64,000 nt of DNA. Source: an uncultured delta proteobacterium (GTDB taxonomy: Bacteria > Myxococcota_A > Polyangia > Fen-1088). The DNA is taken from the NCBI GenBank assembly GCA_963737265.1, contig CAVTRY010000016.1, forward strand, positions 32,001 to 96,000, in the 5' to 3' direction. Of the stretch, positions 1 through 9,656 are shown piece by piece (position 1 is the first letter of the stretch; the number at the start of each line of letters is the position of its first letter). The notes beneath the pieces were generated by a model that was given only the letters and a program-made list of their open reading frames with translations, did not search any database and was not told the origin of the DNA. The position numbers were made by a program, and so were the translations under genes.

Positions 1-1
1 G

Positions 2-292
2 GATCCCTACACCCCCGTGACCGGGTCGTTCTACGACGCGGTCTCCAACAGCTACATGCCCATCGCCGGTGCCACCAACAGCGCGCGCCTCGGGCCCTTC
101 AACCAGCTCGACCTGCGGGTCGACAAGGTCTTCACCTTCGACCGCTGGCGCCTCTCCTTCTACCTCGACGTCCAGAACGTGTTGCGTGCCGACAACCCCG
201 AAGCGGTCGGCTACAACTACAACTACACCATCGCGCATCCCATCACGGGGTTGCCGCTGCTGCCGATCCTCGGGATCCGGGGGGACTTCTGA
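2..292 (+). CDS. TonB-dependent receptor, C-terminal part (5' end outside window)
   Basis: Open frame from base 2 (DPYTPVTG...). Contains QLDLRVDK and YLDVQNV beta-barrel C-terminal motifs and ends in Phe (GIRGDF). exbB/exbD/tonB follow. Confidence 0.85.
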   Translation, partial: DPYTPVTGSFYDAVSNSYMPIAGATNSARLGPFNQLDLRVDKVFTFDRWRLSFYLDVQNVLRADNPEAVGYNYNYTIAHPITGLPLLPILGIRGDF

Positions 293-1146
293 TGTCGCCC
301 GCGCGGTCGCCGTTGCGGATTCTGGCTCCTGTGTGCGGTGCGGGCTGCGTCCTCGTCTGGCTCGGCGGATGCCAGAGCTTTACCGATCCACCGGTCAGCT
401 TCGTGGCCGGACTGCGGGTGCTCGGCATGAAGGCCGAGCCTCCGCAGATCGCCCCGGGCGCGAGCACGACGGTGACCGCGCTGGTGGTCGACACCGACGG
501 CGGAACGCCCACCTCGTCCTGGAGCCAGTGCCTCCTGACTCCGTTGCCGGGGCAGACGGTCAACCCCGCTTGCGTCGACGGGGCAGCGGGCGCCGAGCTC
601 CAGCCGGTCGGCGCCGGTCTGACGATCCCCTTCGTGATGCCGCAGGTGACGGCCGCGTCCCTGGGTGCCCCCGACGCGACGGGCGGCGTCTATCTGCCGC
701 TCGTGGCCGCGGTGAGCGCGAGCCCTCAATCGCTCACTGCCGTCTATCGGCTGCGCCTCGCCGACGCGGCCCCGGCCAACACCAATCCCACCATTGTCGA
801 CATCTTTTCTGTCGACGCCACCGGAGCGATGTCGGCGCTCGACGCCACGGCGCCGACGCCGGTCCAGGCCGGTGGGGCGCTCAGCCTGACGGTGACGTTC
901 GCGCCCGACAGCGCGCAGGTCTACACCGCCGCCGACGGAACGGTGACGACCGAGACGCTCACCACCTCCTGGTTCTGCACCGCCGGCGACCTGAGCTTCG
1001 AGAAGACCAGCGCCACCCAGCCGGTGACGGTGCTGCACCTCGATCAGCGCCTGCCGTCAGCCGGCGCGCAGATCGATCTCTACGCTGTCGCCCACGACGA
1101 ACGCGGCGGCACCGACTTCGCACATCGCACCCTGCTGCTCCAGTAA
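292..1146 (+). CDS. Lipoprotein associated with TonB-dependent receptor
   Basis: TGATG overlap with the receptor; lipobox LGGC; LRVLGMKAEPP motif typical of myxobacterial receptor-linked lipoproteins. Confidence 0.75.
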   Translation: MSPARSPLRILAPVCGAGCVLVWLGGCQSFTDPPVSFVAGLRVLGMKAEPPQIAPGASTTVTALVVDTDGGTPTSSWSQCLLTPLPGQTVNPACVDGAAGAELQPVGAGLTIPFVMPQVTAASLGAPDATGGVYLPLVAAVSASPQSLTAVYRLRLADAAPANTNPTIVDIFSVDATGAMSALDATAPTPVQAGGALSLTVTFAPDSAQVYTAADGTVTTETLTTSWFCTAGDLSFEKTSATQPVTVLHLDQRLPSAGAQIDLYAVAHDERGGTDFAHRTLLLQ

Positions 1147-1170
1147 AGGAAGGAAAAGGAAGTAACGAAG

Positions 1171-1782
1171 ATGGATGTTTCGGGAAGGTTCCTCGCGTTC
1201 ACGCTCCACGGCGCCGGATGGGTGCTCTGGCTGTTGATCGCTCTTAGCGTGATGAGCATGGCCGTCATGCTCGAGCGGCTCTGGTACTTTCGAGCCCACC
1301 GGGTCTGCCGGCGCCAGCTGGCGGCGGAGATTCGGACGCTGCTGCGGCAGGGTGACGAGCAGGGGGAGGCCGGGGCGGCCACCTGTATCGAGATGACGGC
1401 GGCGATCGAAGGAGCCAAGACGCGCGAGCGGCTGCGGCTCGAGCGGCGCCTCCCTTTTTTGGCCACGCTCGGGTCGAACGGGCCCTTCGTCGGTCTCTTC
1501 GGGACGGTGCTGGGGATCATCAAGGCCTTTCACGATCTGGCCGCCACGCAGGGGACGGCCGGCGCGGGCGCCTCGACGGTGATGGCGGGGATCTCCGAGG
1601 CGCTGGTGGCCACGGCGATCGGCCTCTTGGTCGCCATCCCAGCCGTCGTCGCCTTCAACTACTTCAGCCGGCGGGTCCGGGTGCGGATGGCGGAGGTCGA
1701 CTGGCTGGCGCACCTGGCGGCGGAGGATGTTCAGGGCGGCTGGACGCGGACCGAAGAACGGCCGCTGCGGCGGAGCGCCTGA
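1171..1782 (+). CDS. exbB: MotA/TolQ/ExbB proton channel protein
   Basis: LATLGSNGPFVGLFGTVLGII and AGISEALVATAIGLLVAIPA signature helices. Confidence 0.92.
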   Translation: MDVSGRFLAFTLHGAGWVLWLLIALSVMSMAVMLERLWYFRAHRVCRRQLAAEIRTLLRQGDEQGEAGAATCIEMTAAIEGAKTRERLRLERRLPFLATLGSNGPFVGLFGTVLGIIKAFHDLAATQGTAGAGASTVMAGISEALVATAIGLLVAIPAVVAFNYFSRRVRVRMAEVDWLAHLAAEDVQGGWTRTEERPLRRSA

Positions 1783-2216
1783 TGGCGGCCGGAGGTCAGG
1801 ATCGCGACGACGGCTGCGGCGGGATGTTCGCCCACATCAACGTCACGCCGATGGTCGACGTGACGCTGGTGCTGCTGGTCATCTTCATGGTGGCCGCGCC
1901 GCTCATCGTCGCCAACCCGTCGATCAAGGTGGCGCTCCCCAAGGCGACGACAGGCGACGAGACCAAGCGCTCCACGTTGGCCCTCACGCTGGAGCGGGAA
2001 TCCACCGGCGGCTACAAGCTCTTCCGCAACGGCCAGCCGACCGACGAGCCATCGGTGCGGGCGCTCGTGCCTGGCCTCCTGAAGAGCGATCCGGAGCTGC
2101 AGGCGATCGTCGCGGCGGATCGCGGGATCGCCTACGGCGACGTCATGCACGTCGTCGACTTCATCAAGGCGCTCGGCGTGACGAAGTTCGCGCTCAACAC
2201 GCAGTCGGGCCCGTAG
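1782..2216 (+). CDS. exbD: Biopolymer transport protein ExbD/TolR
   Basis: INVTPMVDVTLVLLVIFMV and AD..IAYGDV motifs; overlaps the exbB stop. Confidence 0.93.
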   Translation: MAAGGQDRDDGCGGMFAHINVTPMVDVTLVLLVIFMVAAPLIVANPSIKVALPKATTGDETKRSTLALTLERESTGGYKLFRNGQPTDEPSVRALVPGLLKSDPELQAIVAADRGIAYGDVMHVVDFIKALGVTKFALNTQSGP

Positions 2217-2227
2217 GGAGACCGTCG

Positions 2228-3001
2228 GTGTCTCGCCGGGCCGATCTGGTCACCGTGACGGTGGCGGTTGTCTTTCATGCCGGGTTCGCCGTGGCGATCG
2301 CGCGCCAGCATGTCGACAAGCGACCCGCCAGCAGCACGGTCGAGCTGGAGTTCGCGAAGCAACCGCCGCCCACGCTCGCCACGCACGCGCCGGCCCCCGC
2401 CGGCCCGGCGCCCGCGGCCCTCGCGCCCAGGCCCCGGCGCCAGCTGGCGTTGCGCACGCGGGCCGCGCCCCCGAGCCACCCGGCCGCGGAGACCGCCGCG
2501 CCCGCCGCGCCGACGCTGGCACCGCCAAAGCCGATCTTCGGCGTGTCGATGGCGTCGACGAGCGAGGTCGCGGTGGGGGTCGCTGTCCCGTCAGGCTCGA
2601 CCACAGCGGCCGATCCGTCGCGGGCCGGCGGTGCCGCGGTGGGGCACGCCGCCGGGAGCGCGCCCTCCGGTGACGGCGAGGGGGCCTACCAACCGGCGTC
2701 GGAGTCGGACGTCGCCACCATGCCCGAGATCGACACGGATGCTTGCGGAAGGACCATCGCCTACCCGGACGAGGCCGAGCAGGCGGGGATCGAAGGGGAC
2801 GTCCGCCTGCGCGTCGCGCTCACGCCCGAAGGACATGTCTACGCCGTCCGCGTGCTGTCCGGGCTGGGGCACGGGCTCGATCGCGCCGCCAGCGAGGCGC
2901 TGAAGCACCGCTGCCGCTTCTCGCCCGCCATCGGCAAGGGGGGAAAGCCGGTGGCCTTCGTCATTCAGTCGTACACATTCCACTTCCAGCTCCCGCGCTG
3001 A
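2228..3001 (+). CDS. tonB: Energy transducer TonB
   Basis: GTG start after AGGGAG. N-terminal TM helix with His (VVFHAG), Pro/Ala-rich linker, C-terminal YPDEAEQAGIEGDVRL TonB_C domain. Confidence 0.88.
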   Translation: MSRRADLVTVTVAVVFHAGFAVAIARQHVDKRPASSTVELEFAKQPPPTLATHAPAPAGPAPAALAPRPRRQLALRTRAAPPSHPAAETAAPAAPTLAPPKPIFGVSMASTSEVAVGVAVPSGSTTAADPSRAGGAAVGHAAGSAPSGDGEGAYQPASESDVATMPEIDTDACGRTIAYPDEAEQAGIEGDVRLRVALTPEGHVYAVRVLSGLGHGLDRAASEALKHRCRFSPAIGKGGKPVAFVIQSYTFHFQLPR

Positions 3002-3064
3002 GCGGGCGAGGACTGCCGAGGGAGGCCTTGCGAGCGGTGAAGGCATGACCACCTTCGCGCTTGT

Positions 3065-4186
3065 TTGTCGTTCCTGGGGAAAACGTCGATTGGGCAGGCG
3101 CTCTGGCTCGTCCTGTCCGTCGCGGCGTGCGGGCAACGCCGCGCCGCCGGTTCGGGGCCGCCGGCGGGGCCGCCCCCCATGCCGGTGCAGATCGAGGCGG
3201 TCAAGTCGGTTCCCCTCCGCGATGCCACGGAGTACGTGGGCGTTTTGCGATCCCGGCAGTCGGTGCAGATTCAACCGCTCGTCGAAGGTCATGTATCCAA
3301 GATTCTGGTCTCCTCGGGCGATGAAGTTCAGGCCCGTGCGCCGCTGATCGACATCGACCCGTCGCGCCAGCGCGCGGCGGTCAGCAGCCAACGCGCGATC
3401 CAGGAGGCGAACGTCGCCAGCCTCGACCTGGCGCGCAAGCAATACGCGCGGGTCGAGCGCCTCTTCAATCGGGGCGCCGCCACCCGTCAGGACTTCAATC
3501 AGGCTCAAAATGGCCTGCAGCAGGCGCAGGCGAACGTGAGCGCGACCGAGGCACAGACGCGCGTGCAGGCGGTCCAGCTGCGCTACTACGGGGTGGTGGC
3601 GCCGGTCGACGGGACGGTGGGCGACATTCCGGTGCGCGTGGGCGATTTCGTGACGTCGCAGACGTTGCTCACCACGCTCGACGACAACAGCTCTCTCGAG
3701 GCGTACATCGACGTGCCGCTGGAACGGGCGGCGGGTTTGAAGCTGGGGACGTTGGTCGAGATCGTCGACGCCGCCGGCAACGTCCTGGCGCCGAGCGAGG
3801 TCAGCTTCGTTTCGCCGCGCGCAGATCCGGCGACGCAGATGGTCCTGGTCAAGGCGCGGGTAGACAATCGGGATGGCAAGTTGCGGGCGGCGCAGTTCGT
3901 GCGTGCGCGGATCGTCTGGCGCCGATACGACGGCCCCGTGGTTCCGGTTCTCTCGGTCGAGCGGCGTGCCGGGCAGTCCTTCGTCTGGGTCGTGAGCGGC
4001 CCAGACGGCGCCCTGACCGCCGACCAGCGCGCGGTCCAGATCGGGCCGATTCAAGGACAAAGCTATCCGGTCACACACGGGCTGCAGGCGGGCGATCGCA
4101 TCGTCGCCTCCGGCGTGCAAAAGCTCCGTCCCGGCGCCCGCGTCGCCCCGCTCCCCGCCGCCCCGGCGGCGCGAGGGGGCGGCTAG
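3065..4186 (+). CDS. RND efflux periplasmic adaptor (MFP) subunit
   Basis: Lipobox VAAC; APVDGTVG and GL..GD.IV.SGVQKLRPG motifs; immediately upstream of the RND permease. TTG start is uncertain. Confidence 0.9.
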   Translation: MSFLGKTSIGQALWLVLSVAACGQRRAAGSGPPAGPPPMPVQIEAVKSVPLRDATEYVGVLRSRQSVQIQPLVEGHVSKILVSSGDEVQARAPLIDIDPSRQRAAVSSQRAIQEANVASLDLARKQYARVERLFNRGAATRQDFNQAQNGLQQAQANVSATEAQTRVQAVQLRYYGVVAPVDGTVGDIPVRVGDFVTSQTLLTTLDDNSSLEAYIDVPLERAAGLKLGTLVEIVDAAGNVLAPSEVSFVSPRADPATQMVLVKARVDNRDGKLRAAQFVRARIVWRRYDGPVVPVLSVERRAGQSFVWVVSGPDGALTADQRAVQIGPIQGQSYPVTHGLQAGDRIVASGVQKLRPGARVAPLPAAPAARGGG

Positions 4187-4202
4187 TGAATTGCGTGAGG
4201 GA

Positions 4203-4261
4203 GGACGAGCTTCGCTCGTCCGAACTCGTCGCGGGGGGCGCGGGACCCCTTGGGGGTCCCG
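4203..4261. repeat. Two GC-rich hairpins (REP-like) between MFP and RND genes
   Basis: GGACGAGC-ttc-GCTCGTCC (4203-4221) and CGGGACCCC-ttg-GGGGTCCCG (4241-4261). Confidence 0.6.
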
Positions 4262-4267
4262 AATAAG

Positions 4268-7200
4268 ATGTTTGCGGAATTTTTCATCAAGCGTCCGATC
4301 TTCGCGTCGGTGTGCGCGATCGTCATCGTGATCGGGGGGGCGGTCAGCATCCCGACCCTGCCCATCGCCCAGTACCCCGAGCTGGCGGCGCCGCAGGTGC
4401 AAGTGCAGAGCGTCTATGTCGGGGCCAGCGCGCGGGCGGTGGAGTCGGCCGTCACCACGCCGCTCGAGCAGGAGATCAACGGCGCCGAAGGGATGCGCTA
4501 TCTCACCTCGACCAGCGGCAGCGACGGGACCAGCAGCATCGTGGCCACCTTCGACGTCGGGCGGGACAAGGACCTGGCCGCGGTCGAGGTGCAGAACCGC
4601 GTCAACACGGCGCTGCCGAAACTCCCGGCGGAGGTCAAGAACACGGGGGTCACCGTCATCAAGACCTCGCCGGCAATCGTGATCGCGGCGGGCGTCTACT
4701 CCGACGACAACTCGCTCAGCAACATCTTCATCAGCAACTATCTCGATCTCTACGTGCGCGACGAGCTGAAGCGCATCCCCGGCGCGGCCGACGTGCGCAT
4801 CTTCGGCGAGCGCAAGTACGCCATGCGCCTCTGGCTCGATCCGGTGCGGCTCACCGCGCGCGGGCTGACCGCCGCCGACGTCGTCGCGGCGCTCCGCGAG
4901 CAGAACGCGATCATCGCGGCAGGCCAGGTCGGCCGCCCCCCGGCGCCCGCGGGGCAGACCTTTCAGATTAGCGTCACCGTGGCCGGCCGCCTGACCGATC
5001 CGCACGAGTTCGAGCAGCTGGTGCTGAGGCGCAGCGACAACGGCGGGCTGGTCTTGCTGCGCGACGTCGGCACCGCCGAGCTCGGCGCCGAGGACTACTC
5101 CCTGAACCTCCGCTTCGACGGCCGCGACGCTGTCGGGTTGGGCGTGTTTCAGCAGCCCGATGCCAACGCGCTCCAGCTGGAGGCCGCCATCCGGGCGACG
5201 CTGAGCCGCCTCGCCGTCAGCTTTCCGCCGTCGATGAAGTACGAGATCGCGTTCGATCCGACGACCGCCGTGCGCGATTCGATCCGCGAGGTGCTGAAGA
5301 CCCTGTTCGAGGCGATCGGCCTGGTCATCTTGGTCATCTTCCTGTTCCTGCAGGACTGGCGCGCCACCGTCATTCCCTGCGTCACCATCCCGGTGTCGTT
5401 GATCGGCACCTTCGTCTTCATCAAGGCGTTCGGGTTTTCGGTCAACACACTGACGCTGTTCGGGATCGTCCTCGCCACCGGTCTGGTCGTCGACGACGCG
5501 ATCGTCGTCGTGGAGAACATCGCCCGCAACCTGGGAGAGACCGAGGGGGATGCCCGGGCCGCCGCCGGCCGGGCGATGGGCGAGGTGGCCGGCGCGATCA
5601 TCGCCACCTCGCTGGTTCTGGTCGCCGTCTTCGTTCCGGCGGCCTTTCTCGCGGGGACGACCGGCCGCCTCTACCGGCAGTTCTCGCTCACCATCGCGTT
5701 TTCGGTCGCCATCTCGGCGTTCAACGCGCTCACCTTGTCGCCCGCGCTGGCGGGACTCCTGATGCGCCCCGAGCGCCCACATCGCTTCGTGCTGTTTCGC
5801 TGGTTCAACCGCACGTTCGACGCCACCCGCGAGGGCTATCGGCGCGCGCTCGGGTGGCAGCTCCACCACCTCGGCTGGGCAGGCGGAGCCTTCGTCGCGG
5901 GCCTGGCTCTGACGTTCCTGGTCTTCCGCGCGGTCCCCACCGGGTTCGTCCCCGACGAGGACCAGAACTACTTCATCATCCAGATGATTGGACCGCAGGG
6001 CGCCTCGCTCGACTACATGACCGGCGTCGCCAAGCAGGTCGAGGACCGCCTGAAGAGCCGGTCGGAGGTTCGCCACATCTTCTCGGTCTTGGGGTTCAAC
6101 TTCGCCGGCAACAGCTCCAACCGCGCGATCATCTTCGCCAGCTTGGCGCCGGTCGGCGAACGCGCGGGGAGTGCGCACTCGGCGCAGGCGGTGATCGCGG
6201 AGATGCAGCGGAAGCTGGGGGCCATCCCGGGCGCCATCGTGGTCCCCTTTCTGCCGCCGCCGATTCAGGGGCAAGGCTCGACAGGCGGGTTCACCTTCGA
6301 GCTGCTCGATCGGAGCGGGGGCACTGACTTCGGCCCCCTGGCCGAGACCAGCCAGCGTCTCACCGGCGAGGCCATGCGCAGCGGACGGGTCGGCGGGCTC
6401 TTCTCCACCTTCAGCGTCGACGATCCCCAGCTCGCGGTGTCGATCGATCGCGAAAAGGCCAAGAGCATCGGGGTGTCGATCGATCAAATCGGCGACGCGC
6501 TGGGCGTCTATCTCGGCTCCCAGTACGTGAACGACTTCGACTTTGGTCCACGCGCCTACCGCGTCTACGCGCAGGCGGCCGCCGCCTACCGCGACCAACC
6601 GCGCGACATCGGTGAGCTCTACGTGCGCTCGCAGGCCGGCGCGCTGGTCTCGCTCGACAACCTGGTGCGGGTCAAGACCGCCTCGGGGCCGCCCGTCATC
6701 AGTCACTACAACCTCTACCGATCGATCGAGCTCGCCGGGACCCCGACGCCAGGGACGTCCAGCGGCGAGGCGATCGCCGCCATGGAGACGGCCGCGCGCA
6801 ATGTGCTGCCGGCGGAGCTGGGGTTCGAATGGTCCGGCATCTCCTGGGAGGAGGTGCGCGCGGGCAGCCAGGCGCTGGTGATCTTCGCGCTCGGTCTGAC
6901 CTTCGTGTTCCTGGTGCTCTCCGCTCAATACGAGAGCTTCACGCTGCCGTTCATCATCATTCTCGCCGTACCGTTGGCGCTCTTGGGAGGGCTGGTCGCT
7001 CAGAAGCTGCGGGGCCTGAGCAACGACGCCTTCTGTCAGATCGGCCTCCTCATGCTGATCGGCCTGGCCAGCAAGAACGCCATCCTGATCGTCGAGTTCG
7101 CCGAGCAGCTCCGCGCCAAGGGGGCCAGCGCCGTCGACGCAATCGCGGAGGCGACGCAGCTGCGCCTGCGCCCCATCCTGATGACCTCCTTCGCCTTCCT

Positions 7201-7402
7201 GCTCGGCATCCTGCCCCTGGTGTTCGCCAGCGGCTCGGGGGCCGCCGGCCGGCACTCCATGGGAACGGCGCTCTTCGGCGGCCTCCTGTTGTCGACGGCG
7301 CTGAACCTCTTTTTCACGCCGGCGCTCTATCTGTTGATGCAGGACGCCCGCGCCCGGGTCTCCGCCTGGCGACGTCCGGGCGGGCAGGAGCCCGCGCGCT
7401 GA
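4268..7402 (+). CDS. RND efflux permease, AcrB/HAE1 family
   Basis: FFIKRPIFA start, GLVVDDAIVVVENI, KNAILIVEFA and RLRPILMTS motifs; about 1044 aa. Confidence 0.96.
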   Translation: MFAEFFIKRPIFASVCAIVIVIGGAVSIPTLPIAQYPELAAPQVQVQSVYVGASARAVESAVTTPLEQEINGAEGMRYLTSTSGSDGTSSIVATFDVGRDKDLAAVEVQNRVNTALPKLPAEVKNTGVTVIKTSPAIVIAAGVYSDDNSLSNIFISNYLDLYVRDELKRIPGAADVRIFGERKYAMRLWLDPVRLTARGLTAADVVAALREQNAIIAAGQVGRPPAPAGQTFQISVTVAGRLTDPHEFEQLVLRRSDNGGLVLLRDVGTAELGAEDYSLNLRFDGRDAVGLGVFQQPDANALQLEAAIRATLSRLAVSFPPSMKYEIAFDPTTAVRDSIREVLKTLFEAIGLVILVIFLFLQDWRATVIPCVTIPVSLIGTFVFIKAFGFSVNTLTLFGIVLATGLVVDDAIVVVENIARNLGETEGDARAAAGRAMGEVAGAIIATSLVLVAVFVPAAFLAGTTGRLYRQFSLTIAFSVAISAFNALTLSPALAGLLMRPERPHRFVLFRWFNRTFDATREGYRRALGWQLHHLGWAGGAFVAGLALTFLVFRAVPTGFVPDEDQNYFIIQMIGPQGASLDYMTGVAKQVEDRLKSRSEVRHIFSVLGFNFAGNSSNRAIIFASLAPVGERAGSAHSAQAVIAEMQRKLGAIPGAIVVPFLPPPIQGQGSTGGFTFELLDRSGGTDFGPLAETSQRLTGEAMRSGRVGGLFSTFSVDDPQLAVSIDREKAKSIGVSIDQIGDALGVYLGSQYVNDFDFGPRAYRVYAQAAAAYRDQPRDIGELYVRSQAGALVSLDNLVRVKTASGPPVISHYNLYRSIELAGTPTPGTSSGEAIAAMETAARNVLPAELGFEWSGISWEEVRAGSQALVIFALGLTFVFLVLSAQYESFTLPFIIILAVPLALLGGLVAQKLRGLSNDAFCQIGLLMLIGLASKNAILIVEFAEQLRAKGASAVDAIAEATQLRLRPILMTSFAFLLGILPLVFASGSGAAGRHSMGTALFGGLLLSTALNLFFTPALYLLMQDARARVSAWRRPGGQEPAR

Positions 7403-7437
7403 GGGGGGCCCACGCGACCGGCGCCGGTCTACTTGGC

Positions 7438-7971
7438 TCAGTATCTGGGCGGCACTACCGTCAGATCATTCTCCACACGCGTGACCCCCTCGGAACCGCG
7501 CACGATGCTGAGAACCTGCTTCAGCGCCTGCCCGTCGGGGACCGAGCCGGTCAGCGTGACCACGCCGTTGTTCGTCGTGACCGACACGTCGCTGAACCGA
7601 GTCATTTCGCCCTCCACCAACTTCCCTTTGATCTTGGCCGTCAGCGCGCTGTCGGAGACGGTCTGCCGGATGCCATTGCTGCCGACATCGAGCCGGTTGT
7701 CGACGCCCACGATTCCGTTCACCAGCGCCAGTCGCGCCGCATCGGATTTCTCGGCCTGTGTATCGACCGTTCCGGTCAGCGTGGCGACGCCGTCGCTGAC
7801 GGTCACGCTGATTGTGTTGTCCCTGAGGTCCGGATTCTTTTGCAGTCGCATCTGGATCTGCGCCACCTGCTGCCGCGCCTGATCCGATCCTGCCTGTTGC
7901 GCCAGCGCCGGAGCAGCTGTCCCGGCCGACATGATCCAGATGGTCATCGCTCCTAGACTCTTGGTCTTCAT
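7438..7971 (-). CDS. OsmY-like protein with two BON domains
   Basis: Signal peptide; two V.V..GV.TL.G.V ... V.GV..V.N.L repeats; GGAGG RBS. Confidence 0.9.
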   Translation of the reverse strand: MKTKSLGAMTIWIMSAGTAAPALAQQAGSDQARQQVAQIQMRLQKNPDLRDNTISVTVSDGVATLTGTVDTQAEKSDAARLALVNGIVGVDNRLDVGSNGIRQTVSDSALTAKIKGKLVEGEMTRFSDVSVTTNNGVVTLTGSVPDGQALKQVLSIVRGSEGVTRVENDLTVVPPRY

Positions 7972-8152
7972 CTCTTCACCTCCTCCACTCTCTCGCTACG
8001 AGCCGTTGATCTGGCGATCCCCCTTCCCGGCCCAGTTCCTCTCTTGTCAGTAATCTGATTACGTCCCCGGAACATCCAAGCTCGGCAGGAGGCGGCACGG
8101 GCGCTGGGCGATTTTCCGCGTCCGATTGCGCCCGGGCGCCGTAGATCGGGCG

Positions 8153-8491
8153 ATGGCCCGAAGACATCTCGCCCTCGCGGCGGTGGCGCGTCCGCCGTCC
8201 AAGAACAAAAAGAGGCGCTCCCAGGGGACCAAACGCGCGGCTCCCGCCTCCGCGGCTCGAGGCAACGGAACGGAGTGGAGTGACCTCGAGCAGGCCTTTT
8301 TTGCGTCCGCGCCCCCGGATGAGCCCGAGACCGTCGCCGAGCTGGAGTGCTTCGATGATCTGCTGGCGCCCATTGCTGAAAGGGGGGGACGGGTCCGGGC
8401 GCTGGGACAGGCGGCAGCGACCGCCTGGGGGGCGATCCGGCGCCTCATCTTCGGACCCTCCGGGCGTTCGCGACCAGCCTCGCCGCGTTAG
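8153..8491 (+). CDS. Hypothetical protein
   Basis: ORF with protein-like core WSDLEQAFFASAPPDEP; start uncertain. Confidence 0.5.
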   Translation: MARRHLALAAVARPPSKNKKRRSQGTKRAAPASAARGNGTEWSDLEQAFFASAPPDEPETVAELECFDDLLAPIAERGGRVRALGQAAATAWGAIRRLIFGPSGRSRPASPR

Positions 8492-8536
8492 CGGCGCGTT
8501 TGACGGGGCGCCGCCGGGGCGCGCATCATTGGATCG

Positions 8537-9019
8537 ATGCAGTGTCCAAGGTGCGGGCTCATCAACCCCGAGACGGCGATCGAATGCGACTGTCGGTACG
8601 ACTTCCAGGCAGGCGCGCTGGCGGTGGGGACGTCGCGCGCCTTGGGGATGCCGCGGGCGACGCTGGGTGAGCGGTTCGCGGCGCATTTCATCGACTCGGC
8701 GGTGTCGTGCGGTGGAATGATTCTCGGCACGCACATCGGGACTTCGCTCGGCGTGGGCGCGGCGCCCGCGGTCATCATGTTCGTCGGCTACCTGCTCTTC
8801 TCCGACGGCCTCGGCCAGGGGCAGAGCTTCGGCAAGAAGATGGTCAAGATCGCCGTCGTCGATCAGACCACGGGCGCGCCCTGCAGCTACGGGGGTTCGC
8901 TGTTGCGAAATCTGGTCAGGATGTTCGGCGTGTTCGACTGGGCCTTCGCTCTGGGCGAGCGGCGCCAGCGGCTCGGCGACAAGGCGGCGAACACCATCGT
9001 CATCAAGTTGCGCGCGTAG
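8537..9019 (+). CDS. RDD family membrane protein with N-terminal zinc-ribbon
   Basis: CPRC...CDC; R..A..ID, GQSFGKK and QRLGD..A.T.V RDD motifs. Confidence 0.88.
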   Translation: MQCPRCGLINPETAIECDCRYDFQAGALAVGTSRALGMPRATLGERFAAHFIDSAVSCGGMILGTHIGTSLGVGAAPAVIMFVGYLLFSDGLGQGQSFGKKMVKIAVVDQTTGAPCSYGGSLLRNLVRMFGVFDWAFALGERRQRLGDKAANTIVIKLRA

Positions 9020-9076
9020 CGCATTGCCAAGCCGGTCGTGAAACCTTCTCCCGCCGCGTAGGTGAGAGGAGCGGGC

Positions 9077-9272
9077 ATGGCGCGGGCATGGGCGACGTTG
9101 GGAGTGGGCGTGCTCCTGGTCGCCGGTGTGGGCACGGATCTCGCGCGCGCCGAGGAGAAGAAGCCCGGGATGTTCGACTTCGAGACCTGGAAGTCGTCCG
9201 TTACCCGCAAGCGAGAGGCCGCCGGACAGATTGCGCCCAAGGGGCTCGACTTGACGCCCGCGGTTCCGTCCC
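9077..9272 (+). pseudogene. Probable 3'-truncated secreted-protein gene
   Basis: Strong RBS (GAGAGGAG) and a signal peptide ending ARA-EE. Protein-like sequence stops where the convergent minus-strand gene ends (9273). Confidence 0.45.
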
Positions 9273-9656
9273 TCACGTCGTCGCGAATCGGTTCGCCCGC
9301 AGCCCCTTCCAGCCCACCAGCGCCAGGAGCAGCCCGAACAGCAGGTGGGCGACGTGGTCTCCAGGCCTGTAGTGGAAGACGCCGGCGGGGAAGATGCCGA
9401 GCAGCCCGGCTGCGGCCTGGTAGAGATCGACGAGGCCGAACGCCAGATTGAAGGTCGCGATGCCGCGCGCGTTCCTCGCCAGCACCAGCGTCGTGCCAAG
9501 AAGCCCGCACACGATGTGGAAGAGGTCGTAGGGCGCGGCGCCGCTCATGAGCGCGAGGCGCGGCGGTAGGAGAAATCCGCCCAGGCCGGTGAGGATCAAG
9601 AGGGGGCCGAACAGGCCCAGGAGACGGGCGTTCCAGCGCGTCACGTTCGTTGTCAC
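9273..9656 (-). CDS. Small membrane protein (DUF4383-like)
   Basis: Four hydrophobic segments with H-containing motifs (LFHIVCG, AHLLFG). GTGA overlap with the upstream gene. Confidence 0.65.
   Translation of the reverse strand: MTTNVTRWNARLLGLFGPLLILTGLGGFLLPPRLALMSGAAPYDLFHIVCGLLGTTLVLARNARGIATFNLAFGLVDLYQAAAGLLGIFPAGVFHYRPGDHVAHLLFGLLLALVGWKGLRANRFATT

Noticed and set aside
1-6. Window starts with GGATCC (BamHI site)
   Set aside because: It is in-frame coding sequence of the receptor; there is no evidence of vector.
2591-7255. 1554-aa minus-strand ORF and similar long antisense ORFs (e.g. 11856-13715, 17085-19250, 20016-22145, 46689-48791, 49216-51405)
   Set aside because: These are shadow frames of well-supported genes in high-GC DNA and carry no family motifs.
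8050-8062. Palindrome GTAATCTGATTAC upstream of the BON gene (also TGTGAATCACA at 13817)
   Set aside because: Single short sites with no matching regulator spacing that I can support.
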